From IMG/VR virus record IMGVR_UViG_3300035682_000005: a stretch of DNA of 64,000 nucleotides, one strand, 5' to 3'. Below are positions 19,818 to 28,773 of the stretch, piece after piece; position 1 is the stretch's first letter; every line of letters begins with the position of its first letter. The notes under the pieces were generated by a model. The model saw only the letters and a program-made list of their open reading frames with translations, searched no databases and had not been told where the DNA came from. A program made the translations under genes and the position numbers. Source of the stretch: a virus.

Positions 19818-21011
19818 ATGAAGTTATCGAAACGTGCGCAGTCAACATCAGTTTCGCCGATACGCAACCTTGTTCGACCAAAGAACACGATATCTCGCGT
19901 TTACGGGCTGAACATTGGGCAGCCCGACTTAGCATCACCTCAAGAATTCTTTGATGGACTGCATACGTTTACATCGCCAGTGCTTGCGTACGATGCAGCA
20001 TCTGGCAACAAGTCACTTCTTGACGAATGGTCTGCAACACTCAACACACAGTATTCACTCAATGTAACGCCACAGCAATTGCTCATCACCTCTGGCTCAA
20101 GTGAAGCACTCACGCTCATGTTCAATACATGTTGTGATGTTGATGATGAAATTATTGTGTTTTCACCATCGTATGCAAATTATGCTGGTTTCGCCACAAT
20201 TACTGGCGCAAAACTTATTGCAGTTGAATGTTCGCTTGCAGATAACTTTCATTTGCCACACGATGTAGAAACTCAACTCGACACAATCATCACAAAGCGA
20301 ACAAAAGCTCTTCTTATTTGCAACCCCAACAATCCATCTGGCACAGTCTATACACACAACGAGATGTGCACTCTTATCAAAGTGTGTGAAAAGCACGATA
20401 TCGTGTTGATTGTTGATGAGGTGTACAGAGAATTTGTGTTTGATGATAGAAAACCATCGTGTGTGTTTGAACTTGCGCCAGAAAACAAGCACATTGTCGT
20501 TGTTGATAGCATTTCAAAACGGTATAGCTTGTGTGGCGCTCGCATTGGCTGTGTTCTTACATGGAACACTGAAATACTTGACGCAGCAACAAACTTTGCA
20601 AGCACACGAGTATCAGCACCAACAATTGAACAAGTTGCAGCAGCACACATGCTTAAACACATCAGTGATAGCTACTTACTTGATGCTGTACAAGAGTATG
20701 AACAGAGACGAAATGTTTTAGTCGCAGGGCTCAAAGAGATTCCAGACGTAGAGTTTCAAACACCAGAAGGTGGATTTTACGTGCTCGCAAAACTGCCAGT
20801 AGAGAACTCAGCAGACTTTGCACGTTTCATGTTGCAAGAGTTTTCACTGAATGATGAAACTGTTTTTGTGTCGCCAGCGCACTCGTTCTTCTTCCACTCA
20901 ACGCAGCACACTGATTATGTACGAATTGCGTTTGTGTTATCGTGTGATGATTTACAGCAAGCAGCAAAGATCATCAAGAAAGCACTTGAAGCGTATTGCT
21001 ATCGAACGTAA
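19818..21011 (+). CDS. Class I/II PLP-dependent aminotransferase (aspartate aminotransferase family)
   Basis: LNIGQPD, GSSEAL, CNPNNPSG, DEVYREF, DSISKRYSLCGARIG (PLP Lys), PEGGFY, VRIAFV. Confidence 0.92.
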   Translation: MKLSKRAQSTSVSPIRNLVRPKNTISRVYGLNIGQPDLASPQEFFDGLHTFTSPVLAYDAASGNKSLLDEWSATLNTQYSLNVTPQQLLITSGSSEALTLMFNTCCDVDDEIIVFSPSYANYAGFATITGAKLIAVECSLADNFHLPHDVETQLDTIITKRTKALLICNPNNPSGTVYTHNEMCTLIKVCEKHDIVLIVDEVYREFVFDDRKPSCVFELAPENKHIVVVDSISKRYSLCGARIGCVLTWNTEILDAATNFASTRVSAPTIEQVAAAHMLKHISDSYLLDAVQEYEQRRNVLVAGLKEIPDVEFQTPEGGFYVLAKLPVENSADFARFMLQEFSLNDETVFVSPAHSFFFHSTQHTDYVRIAFVLSCDDLQQAAKIIKKALEAYCYRT

Positions 21012-21268
21012 ATTGTAAAGACTTTGCCTTTCTTTGAGCCAACGAGATCAATTGCAGTTCCGTTCTCGATTGTTTTGCCAGCCAAGTAACGTCGATTTTT
21101 GTAAATCTTTGCGACAGTGAAACGCTCTTTCTTGCGAGAGATGAGAACGTCGCCAACTTGAAAGTGTTTTTGATGATATGCGTGTGCAATCGTTGGCTGA
21201 TCGAAACGACCAGAGATAACAATCTCACGACCTGATGATGATTCTGAAAGTGTTGTATCGTCGCTCAT
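20999..21268 (-). CDS. Hypothetical protein
   Basis: 89-aa ORF with minus-strand TTGCAG-18-TATATA promoter ending 7 nt upstream. Confidence 0.55.
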   Translation of the reverse strand: MSDDTTLSESSSGREIVISGRFDQPTIAHAYHQKHFQVGDVLISRKKERFTVAKIYKNRRYLAGKTIENGTAIDLVGSKKGKVFTIYVR

Positions 21269-21384
21269 ATAATCTTATATAGCACACTCAACAGCTTGAC
21301 TGCAACACGAAACGTATGATAAGAATCATAAAACACACACTTTTTGGATTGTGAGAATATCCACGAATCCAACAAAATTGACTA

Positions 21385-21414
21385 TTGACAGAAAACTCCA
21401 GAATCGTGTATACT
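21385..21414 (+). promoter_or_regulatory. Sigma70-type early promoter (representative)
   Basis: TTGACA-18-TATACT; similar elements at 14881, 18596, 22330, 25141, 27251, 27566, 27993, 32259. Confidence 0.8.
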
Positions 21415-21421
21415 GATTCGT

Positions 21422-21721
21422 ATGAAGACAATCGAACACATCGCTCGACAGCTTACAGCAGCAACAGAACAGAACCTTATCAAGTCGTGGAACGCTCGAC
21501 TCGTCACAGACTCAAACATTCTATACTACACGAAGCCGCAAGACCTCGTGCGCAACGGCAGTAAAAAGCCAGCAGACTACGACCTCTCGATTTGGTTTCA
21601 CAAGACACCGCCATCACGAACTATTCAAGCTCTCGTGAATCTCTTACACGACAAGTATGGATGCACGTTGATTACAATGCCAGCAGATGATATGCTTAGA
21701 ATGAAAGTGACACAGAGATAA
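21422..21721 (+). CDS. Small paralog-family protein
   Basis: KTIEHIARQLTAATEQNLI...IWFHKTPPSRTIQALVNLLHDKY. Confidence 0.78.
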   Translation: MKTIEHIARQLTAATEQNLIKSWNARLVTDSNILYYTKPQDLVRNGSKKPADYDLSIWFHKTPPSRTIQALVNLLHDKYGCTLITMPADDMLRMKVTQR

Positions 21722-21732
21722 ATAGTAGCACT

Positions 21733-22056
21733 ATGATAGACATGAAACTTTTCAAGCAGCATCTCGCATCAACAGCTCGTAAACAGCTCAACGAAGCGCC
21801 ACGCTATAAGTTGTACCACGATACGATTGCATCAGCATTTCAAACAGCACTTGGAGACGTTCGCAAACAGGGCTACGATGTTTCAGACGATGAAGAGTTT
21901 AACAAGATTACAACAGCACGAAAGCCATACGCTGGTCAGCACTCAGACTACCACATCGAGCTAACAAAGCAAGGCAAAGCTCAAAAGAAAATGCTCCACA
22001 TTCAGATTTACAAGATGGAATCAGGCAAGTACGAACTCAACTTTTACGTTGCATAA
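21733..22056 (+). CDS. Putative internal head protein
   Basis: MKLFKQHL...LNEA N-terminus; C-terminal LHIQIY...YELNFY domain recalled from T4-like phage proteins; TAAATA ends 8 nt upstream. Confidence 0.6.
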   Translation: MIDMKLFKQHLASTARKQLNEAPRYKLYHDTIASAFQTALGDVRKQGYDVSDDEEFNKITTARKPYAGQHSDYHIELTKQGKAQKKMLHIQIYKMESGKYELNFYVA

Positions 22057-22059
22057 CTT

Positions 22060-22299
22060 GTGATAGACACACTCATACAACAGTTCACAGAAGCAGCATC
22101 ACGCAATCTCGTGAAACAAGTTGAAGTGTATCCACGCGAGCCACAGAAAGGTGCAATCCAAATTGTGTTTGTTACATTCTATGAAACAACACCAGCAGAA
22201 ACACGACAAGCACTCATAGAAGCAATCAAGACAAAGTATCACTGCACTGTAAAGCTCGTATCGCAGCACGTTATACTAGCATTTCCAGATCACACATAA
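22060..22299 (+). CDS. Small paralog-family protein
   Basis: IDTLIQQFTEAASRNLV...VTFYETTPAETRQALIEAIKTKY. Confidence 0.8.
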   Translation: MIDTLIQQFTEAASRNLVKQVEVYPREPQKGAIQIVFVTFYETTPAETRQALIEAIKTKYHCTVKLVSQHVILAFPDHT

Positions 22300-22366
22300 A
22301 TTTTGTTTCTTGCTGGATAATCAAATATATTGACAGACCCATCCGCTGTGTGCTAGAGTATATTAT

Positions 22367-22618
22367 ATGCTCGATTCACTTATTGAACAATTGTCCGTTG
22401 CGCAACAACAGCAGCTTGTTCAGTATGCAATCCACAAACGACGAATCGTTACAAACAATCACACACTAAAAACGCACGATTCATTTGTTATTAAATTCAC
22501 TGCAACAACAGAACAACACACAATAGATGCGATTATTAGTGTTCTTGCACAAAAGTACAACGCAGCAGTCTACGTTATGCAATCAGATCTTATTGTTGCA
22601 ACCATTCAAGAACAATAA
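22367..22618 (+). CDS. Small paralog-family protein
   Basis: LDSLIEQLSVAQQQQLV...IKFTATTEQHTIDAIISVLAQKY. Confidence 0.78.
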   Translation: MLDSLIEQLSVAQQQQLVQYAIHKRRIVTNNHTLKTHDSFVIKFTATTEQHTIDAIISVLAQKYNAAVYVMQSDLIVATIQEQ

Positions 22619-22629
22619 CACCGCCTTGT

Positions 22630-22923
22630 ATGGACGCTGACATCAACAAAATCTTTGCACAACTTAAACTTGCAGAAAAGCACCAACTTGTTGAGCACTG
22701 GAGTCACAACTTTGATTACAATAACCGTCAAACGACATTTAATATTGTTTTGTTAGAGTCCACGAATGATGCTCAAATCCAAAAATTAAAAGACATTCTT
22801 ACCTACAAGTACGGCGCACAAATCAAAAATGACAACTACTTTCGCGCACTCAAATACTTTGGCGACAAAGCCACGAGCGCAATGCATTCAAAACGAATCA
22901 TCGCGTTCACTGTATGGGGATAA
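22630..22923 (+). CDS. Small paralog-family protein
   Basis: INKIFAQLKLAEKHQLV...LLESTNDAQIQKLKDILTYKY. Confidence 0.78.
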   Translation: MDADINKIFAQLKLAEKHQLVEHWSHNFDYNNRQTTFNIVLLESTNDAQIQKLKDILTYKYGAQIKNDNYFRALKYFGDKATSAMHSKRIIAFTVWG

Positions 22924-23038
22924 CAAAGCACCACTATGATTGTGATGCTAACGTAAGACAGCGAGCACAATACTATCCATATTTCAATCGCACACTCTCA
23001 AAGAAAGAGATACAAGAATTGCAGAAAGCAAAACCACA

Positions 23039-23284
23039 ATGATCAGCTTCCAACTACTCAAAGAACTCAAACACGCAGAAGACGAACAGTTTCTCAGATA
23101 CCTTGTGAGCAGTGACGACCACGTCTACATCAGATTTTCAAACAAGAGCACAACCCTCGACCAGATACACAAAGTGCAGCAGCACATCGAAGCAGCATAT
23201 GACTATAGAACAGAAGTCATAGAAGGCATTACAGGTCCAGTCATGTGGGTTTATCCAGAACAACCTCTCAAGAAGAACACATGA
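23039..23284 (+). CDS. Small paralog-family protein
   Basis: LLKELKHAEDEQFL...IRFSNKSTTLDQIHKVQQHIEAAY. Confidence 0.72.
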   Translation: MISFQLLKELKHAEDEQFLRYLVSSDDHVYIRFSNKSTTLDQIHKVQQHIEAAYDYRTEVIEGITGPVMWVYPEQPLKKNT

Positions 23285-23571
23285 TCAATCCAAAATTAAA
23301 AGCAGAACTCGATAACGCACAAGAGAACAGCAAGCTCACGTATACACTGACGCCCCATGCCACGAGAGTTGGTGTAGTATTCAGATTCCCACATACACAG
23401 AGACAGAAAGTACGAGACGTGCAGAATCATATAGAATCAAAGTACAAGTACAGAACAGCCATCGCTGGCTATGGGTACAATATAGCACTCATTATATTCT
23501 TAGACAGAACAGAACAAGAGCAGCAAACGAGAAATTTCAGTTCCAAAGCAGCTATAAAAACAGATACTTAG
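23281..23571 (+). CDS. Small paralog-family protein
   Basis: LKAELDNAQENSKL...FRFPHTQRQKVRDVQNHIESKY; closest to the 23039 copy. Confidence 0.72.
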   Translation: MINPKLKAELDNAQENSKLTYTLTPHATRVGVVFRFPHTQRQKVRDVQNHIESKYKYRTAIAGYGYNIALIIFLDRTEQEQQTRNFSSKAAIKTDT

Positions 23572-24324
23572 CTAGGGTAAAATAAACCTATTGAGGGTAT
23601 CCTACAGAGAGCTACATACTGAGACGAATACAGCATTAGGATACCGTATATTAAAAAAAGTCGTTTTAATGACCTTTTAGGCCTTCCAATATGGATATAG
23701 AGAAGCAAGTGGAATCCCTGGTAATTGCCGCCGACCGCAAATCCTTAGGCCTGCCAAATTCCGTGGCGGCGCCAAATAATTCAGAAAATCCAAAAAAGAT
23801 TTTGGAATCCACTTTACAAAAATACGCGCCTGTGTTCCCATTACGGTGTGCCTCTCTTGCCTGGGAGTATGCCTATCACTCTTACACACAGAAGCATACA
23901 GAAGTTTCCAAAAATGTGCAACCTGTTTCCTTTCAGATGTTTCAATACAGGTGCACCACCAATTTTGAAAATCATAAGCTATATGTACAGGCTCTTGAAT
24001 ATGTTTCTACCTTTCTGCCTGAAACAGTTTCTTTGGCGTATGTGGGGCTGGATGGGTCTGGCGCCGGAACTGTAAAATCAATAGGCTAAGAATGTATGAA
24101 AATTCATTCAGGCTGGTGAATTAGCTTTAAGTTAGTTAAAGCCTGACGGAGTATGGGTCCGGGTGGGGAATAGTCAGGAATGGCAGGTTGATCGTGGATT
24201 CAAATAGTTATAAGTTATTGAATTCTAGTGAATATCCAAAATAATTGGGACTTAGGTGGTAAGTAGCTGAAGCGTCGAAACGGATGTGTTTTGGATTCGA
24301 GTTCGGTTGTGCTATACTAGTAGT

Positions 24325-24579
24325 ATGAAAACAGAACAAAACAAGTTAGTCACTGTAGAAGATTGTATTGAGATATTCGATACAATGACCGCGGGGCTTG
24401 GTGCCATTGTGGGGGTTGCGGTGTGTGTTAGTAACATCTTTGAACAGCATGAACGGATGGACCTGTATTGTCTCCGTAAGTTGTTTGATGCAAAGGTGGA
24501 ACAGCTCCGCGCAAGTATGCCGCTCTCTATTTCAGAAGAGATGGCGATTGAAGAGTTTCGTGGTCGCATAGGTGCTTAG
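24325..24579 (+). CDS. Hypothetical early protein
   Basis: TGTGC-TATACT ends 6 nt upstream of ATG 24325. Confidence 0.55.
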   Translation: MKTEQNKLVTVEDCIEIFDTMTAGLGAIVGVAVCVSNIFEQHERMDLYCLRKLFDAKVEQLRASMPLSISEEMAIEEFRGRIGA

Positions 24580-24580
24580 T

Positions 24581-24799
24581 ATGGAACGCAAAGATAAGAA
24601 GTCTATTACACTGTATGACTTTCTCACTGATGATGAGATTAAGCAGGCGCAGCAATTAAAGAAAGCTAAAGACATTTGTTGTGTGATTATCAAGCCAAAC
24701 ATTGCTCGTATCAACAAGCAGTTAGGTCAGGAAAACGATGAAATGTACCTTGCGTATGTGGTCGAGTATGTTGTAAGCATAGTGAACAGTAATAAGTAA
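24581..24799 (+). CDS. Hypothetical phage protein
   Basis: DFLT..EI...IIKPNIARINKQLGQEND..YLAY..EY. Confidence 0.6.
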   Translation: MERKDKKSITLYDFLTDDEIKQAQQLKKAKDICCVIIKPNIARINKQLGQENDEMYLAYVVEYVVSIVNSNK

Positions 24800-24840
24800 G
24801 GTTGTTGCTAAGGTTGTAAAAGGTTCTAAATAGGAGTCAT

Positions 24841-25083
24841 ATGAAATCATTCAAGCAATATTGTTGCGAATCAGAATCAGCCCCCTCTTATGTTGTTGTT
24901 CGTAACAACAGGGTTGAGCTACGCAAGATGGACATAGGGTCCCCAGTTGCTACGTTTGGAACTGGTGCTACAACAGCCGTAATCAATGGCAATCAAGTGA
25001 TCGTTACCTTCCGCAATGGTAAGATCGCTATCTATAAAGTCAACGCACAGGGAACTGGCGTTTCTGGACCTTATACACGTTAA
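24841..25083 (+). CDS. Small putative capsid-targeted protein
   Basis: MKSFKQYCCE N-terminus; TAAATA at 24827-24832. Confidence 0.55.
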   Translation: MKSFKQYCCESESAPSYVVVRNNRVELRKMDIGSPVATFGTGATTAVINGNQVIVTFRNGKIAIYKVNAQGTGVSGPYTR

Positions 25084-25408
25084 ATCCAAAATTACCTATT
25101 GACTATTCCTTGCCAATACTGGCGATAAAAGGAATAGTGATTGACAGCCACATCCACACCATGCTATACTTGACTTATATGAATAAACTTCCAAATTTAT
25201 TAAATCGCCAAGAAGTAATCGACTACGTATGCAAAGGCGACAAAATCTCCCTCAAAGTGATGATCAGTGGTATTGGTGATGTGTCAGAACGTTACCCAGA
25301 CCCAATCTTATTTGCGAAAGCATGTACTAAGAGAGGAGACTCAGTAACAGTGTTGCCGCCTGTTGCTGATGAAAATGATTTGTCAGTTAATGTTTAATTG
25401 TTAATGTA

Positions 25409-25690
25409 ATGGAGATGAAAATGGTAGCCTTTAATACAACTACAGCAGGACTTTGGGGACGTAATCCAGCAGTGCGTCAATCACTTGTACAGAGTATTGT
25501 TGATGCACATGGTCTTGTAGTCACACGTAAGCAGATTCTCGCTCACGCCACAGCAGCCGGAAAAGGAACAGCTGACGTTCGCTGGTTGTTCAATAACAAG
25601 CTATTCAGAGCCGGTCGTGGTCAGTACACCCTTGCACCACTTGTTGATTCAAGCGCAGTCAACACATCGACAGAAGCCAGTGCAGCATAA
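25409..25690 (+). CDS. Hypothetical protein (possible small DNA-binding domain)
   Basis: VTRKQI...WLFNNK..RAGRGQYTL; GGAG SD suggests start near 25421. Confidence 0.55.
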   Translation: MEMKMVAFNTTTAGLWGRNPAVRQSLVQSIVDAHGLVVTRKQILAHATAAGKGTADVRWLFNNKLFRAGRGQYTLAPLVDSSAVNTSTEASAA

Positions 25691-26126
25691 TGGATCGTAT
25701 ATAATGCGCTGATGGATCTGAAGGCGCGTATCGAGTGCCTTCCATTCATCACCTCGGTGGGGACCCTTGCATCGAGTTTGACTAAAAAGTTGTGCATGTC
25801 ACCTCAGCATGTATGACACAAGGGTCTTTTCTATTGATCATATCATATATTATGCAAGAATACCAAAGCTATTATATACGCAGAGCAGGAGACGGTTCTG
25901 ATACGATGTTGATATACTTTGAGGGGTTATGCATTGGTTATATCTCGCCTTGTTATATTGACGATTTGTACACAGTGCAACCAAGTTGGGACACATACAA
26001 AGGACACTTTAGAACGTTTGAAAAGGCGTGCTATGAATTGGTATCTCATTATTGGTCCCAACGTGGTCATGCTGTGCTCGAATGTTAGTTTCACACATCA
26101 AGTGGCACAGGTGAGTGTTAAAACTA

Positions 26127-26417
26127 TTATTGCACACCCGCTACCTTGAAGTCAATAAAGTCGTATGAATATGAATCAACATCGCGATGTTTCTTGATTT
26201 GTGTGATATAGTAGCGACCAATACGAGCGACATATGGTACATCTAATTCTTCTGCAACTCCTACCATACCTTGCAATCCTTGTTTCAGTTCATCGAGTCG
26301 TTTCTTTAATTGTCGAGCTTCCCTCTCAATGCGCTGGCGCTCAACATCAAGCGCCAAGAACTCAGACGCAAGAGACTCAACCAAAACCTTTGCTTGCTTC
26401 TTGTTTAACTTCGACAT
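26127..26417 (-). CDS. Hypothetical protein
   Basis: GAGG SD; coiled-coil N-terminal half. Confidence 0.6.
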   Translation of the reverse strand: MSKLNKKQAKVLVESLASEFLALDVERQRIEREARQLKKRLDELKQGLQGMVGVAEELDVPYVARIGRYYITQIKKHRDVDSYSYDFIDFKVAGVQ

Positions 26418-26489
26418 AACAACCTCACATAAACATTAAAGACATTGTGGCGCCCTCATCAATGCGAGGGCGCACAATCGATAAACATG

Positions 26490-26957
26490 TTACCCCTTGA
26501 TCACAATTTCGTGTGGGTATCGAGAGAGCAAGTTTGTTTGCTCAAGATACTTGCCCAATTGTTGATCAGTGAGCTTGCCAACCCCAGGCGAGCCAGCTGT
26601 AATAAGTTTCTTCAAGGCTTCTTTACCTTTTGAACTGCGCAAGAACTTAAAGAATATCTCATACGCATCTTTTCGTGTAAGAGAAAACTGTGGTCGAATC
26701 CACTCACGCTGCCATCGTCTATGAAGTGCAGCACTACGAGCTTTCCCTACAGGCGCGGCTGTTGTTGTTGGGGCTGACATTTCAATAGAACCATCAGTGT
26801 CCCATCCCTCTTCTGGGAGCATGTAAACACTCTTGCGATTCTTTGACCCCTTAGGGCGACCACGCTGTGATTTTCTTTGAGCTGGTTGAGCTTGGTGAGT
26901 ATCATCATGTAACACACTTGAATTCTCATCAACAAAGTTTACATCATCAATTTTCAT
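26490..26957 (-). CDS. Hypothetical protein with AT-hook-like GRPKGSKN motif
   Basis: GGAG SD; RGRPKGSKNRK. Confidence 0.6.
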   Translation of the reverse strand: MKIDDVNFVDENSSVLHDDTHQAQPAQRKSQRGRPKGSKNRKSVYMLPEEGWDTDGSIEMSAPTTTAAPVGKARSAALHRRWQREWIRPQFSLTRKDAYEIFFKFLRSSKGKEALKKLITAGSPGVGKLTDQQLGKYLEQTNLLSRYPHEIVIKG

Positions 26958-27484
26958 AGTATCTCCGTTTCACATTGTCGAGCTTGATTGCTCTTCATAT
27001 TTCTAGTTTCGACTATCCATGGAGATTACTCAAGCACAAACCTTTAAAAAAGTGGAATAATTGTTATTGAGATGATGCGAGACATTCTTATGGAACGCAT
27101 TTGTTTTTATCACACGATATACGCTTGCCTATAAGAATACGAGATAAAACACTTACACAGACACAGTACCGTACAGTAGAACTCGCCTACGTTCGTTCTA
27201 CGCTGTTATACGTGATGTAAGTTTCTCGCATGATCGTAAACAGATATTCGTTGACACATTAGTACAGTATGCTACACTTCATAGCAAAACCTCTTAGAAG
27301 GAGACTGTTACGCATGGTTTACATCATATACCTTACTGAATCAGCTATTGGGCACGTCTATACTGAGCTAGAACACGTCCTACAGTTTCTAAAGAGGGGC
27401 AAGCGACACCATAGAATAGAGATATGGCGCGACGGTGAGAGACGCGGAGTGCACTGGTAAACGACACAACGTGTCGCCTGGCGA

Positions 27485-27526
27485 CCCCTAGTAGGTTCTC
27501 GTAGAGCTTACTAGGGGATTTTTTTA
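27485..27526 (+). terminator. Intrinsic terminator
   Basis: CCCCTAGTAGGTTCT-cgt-AGAGCTTACTAGGGG hairpin followed by a T run. Confidence 0.8.
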
Positions 27527-27601
27527 CCCTGCTAAGTATCTGTTTTTTCTGGCATGGAATAATTGTTGCACATCTCCAAAAAGGTGTGCTATAATGTTCT
27601 T

Positions 27602-27880
27602 ATGTTAAAACAACAGCTAGTAGGAAAACGAGTTAAGGGATCCTTCGCAGGGTTCGCCTATACAGGCACGATTATAGAGACGCAAGAATCAGACGGACAT
27701 TTCAATCATGTGATTAAACTTGATGAGAGCATGATTCTTACCACAAGGCAGTTAGACTACCCACAAAGGTATTGGGGATATAAGGCACAGCTGTTTCAGG
27801 GGCTAAACTATTGCACTGAGAATGCTGAAAGAGTCGCGGGTACTCCCGATGAAACTCGAATGACTATGATCCTTTTGTAA
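27602..27880 (+). CDS. Hypothetical early protein (SH3-like beta domain)
   Basis: TTGCAC-18-TATAAT promoter; VGKRVKGSFAGFAYTGTI; similar to 30555..30782. Confidence 0.55.
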   Translation: MLKQQLVGKRVKGSFAGFAYTGTIIETQESDGHFNHVIKLDESMILTTRQLDYPQRYWGYKAQLFQGLNYCTENAERVAGTPDETRMTMILL

Positions 27881-27890
27881 GTAGTTGATT
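27878..27890 (-). promoter_or_regulatory. IHF-consensus site
   Basis: Reverse complement AATCAACTACTTA matches WATCAANNNNTTR exactly; one-mismatch copies at 18565-77, 24198-210 and 24211-23. Confidence 0.55.
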
Positions 27891-28054
27891 CCAGTATGAT
27901 CCTAAAGATATTCATATGTTACATCTTCATAAAAACCCTTATATTTGCGCCACTTACGTTTCTTGCAATTATGGTAAATCTGGAAGAATAGGTTGACAAC
28001 CACTTGGATAGTGTGCTATACTAAGCCTATAGAGAATAAGAAAAGGTAAACAGT

Positions 28055-28354
28055 ATGCAAGTTCAGAAAAGTCTCCAAGCAAAGATTAGAAAGTTCGGAA
28101 GCAAGCAATTGCAAGAGGTCTCAGTTGATGACAAGCGAGTTCTTGTTTCGTATACAACTCCGGTTGCAGTTAGAATGGGAACAGAGTTGTTTGTTACTAC
28201 GCAAAAATTCAGTGTAACAACCTCTAAGCACATCACACACTACATTGGCGACCTTATCAAGAAGGGAGAAAAGTTCGATGTTGTCCGAGTTGACCACGAT
28301 GCAATCAAAAAGATCGTCCGTGAGACGTGTGGACTTGCGGTACCTTGGTCTTAA
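28055..28354 (+). CDS. Conserved hypothetical phage protein (SYxTPVA...SVTTSKHI type)
   Basis: Motif pattern; TTGACA-18-TATACT promoter at 27993-28022; AAGG SD. Confidence 0.65.
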   Translation: MQVQKSLQAKIRKFGSKQLQEVSVDDKRVLVSYTTPVAVRMGTELFVTTQKFSVTTSKHITHYIGDLIKKGEKFDVVRVDHDAIKKIVRETCGLAVPWS

Positions 28355-28773
28355 TAATTTTAATTGATGTGAAGAAGAGGTTTTTATGAGTCACGAAAGC
28401 ATTGAAAACATTATCGACAAAATCAACGAAGTAACCGACACGATTACCTTCCTTACCGCCGAGCTAGAAAATTGCTCCCTGTGGGGGAAGTACGATGAAG
28501 CCGACGAACTTTATGGAGAGCTTGTTGACGCTCGCCACGAATTAACGAAACTCGAAGGGATGCTGTAACATGTTAAACTCAAAAGAAACAAAAGATCGCC
28601 TTGCTCAACTTGCCAGCTACCGCGCCTTGCTTATGGATAAGTTGCAAGCCGACTACCTTAGCCCACAAGAGCTGTTTAGTATTCAAGACTCGCTGATGAT
28701 GATCGACACGGCGACGAAACAACTTACTGAATACTTGGAGCAGTTACAGAAGCCTATCTCATACTAGAATAGT

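Noticed and set aside
10131-23571. Diversity-generating retroelement or integron cassette array as explanation for the paralogs
   Set aside because: No reverse transcriptase, integrase, template/variable repeat pair or attC-like repeats were seen; the genes overlap directly.
23691-24089. 132-aa ORF as a real gene
   Set aside because: No recognisable motif or convincing initiation signal, and it lies in a compositionally atypical region. Left unannotated, though not excluded.
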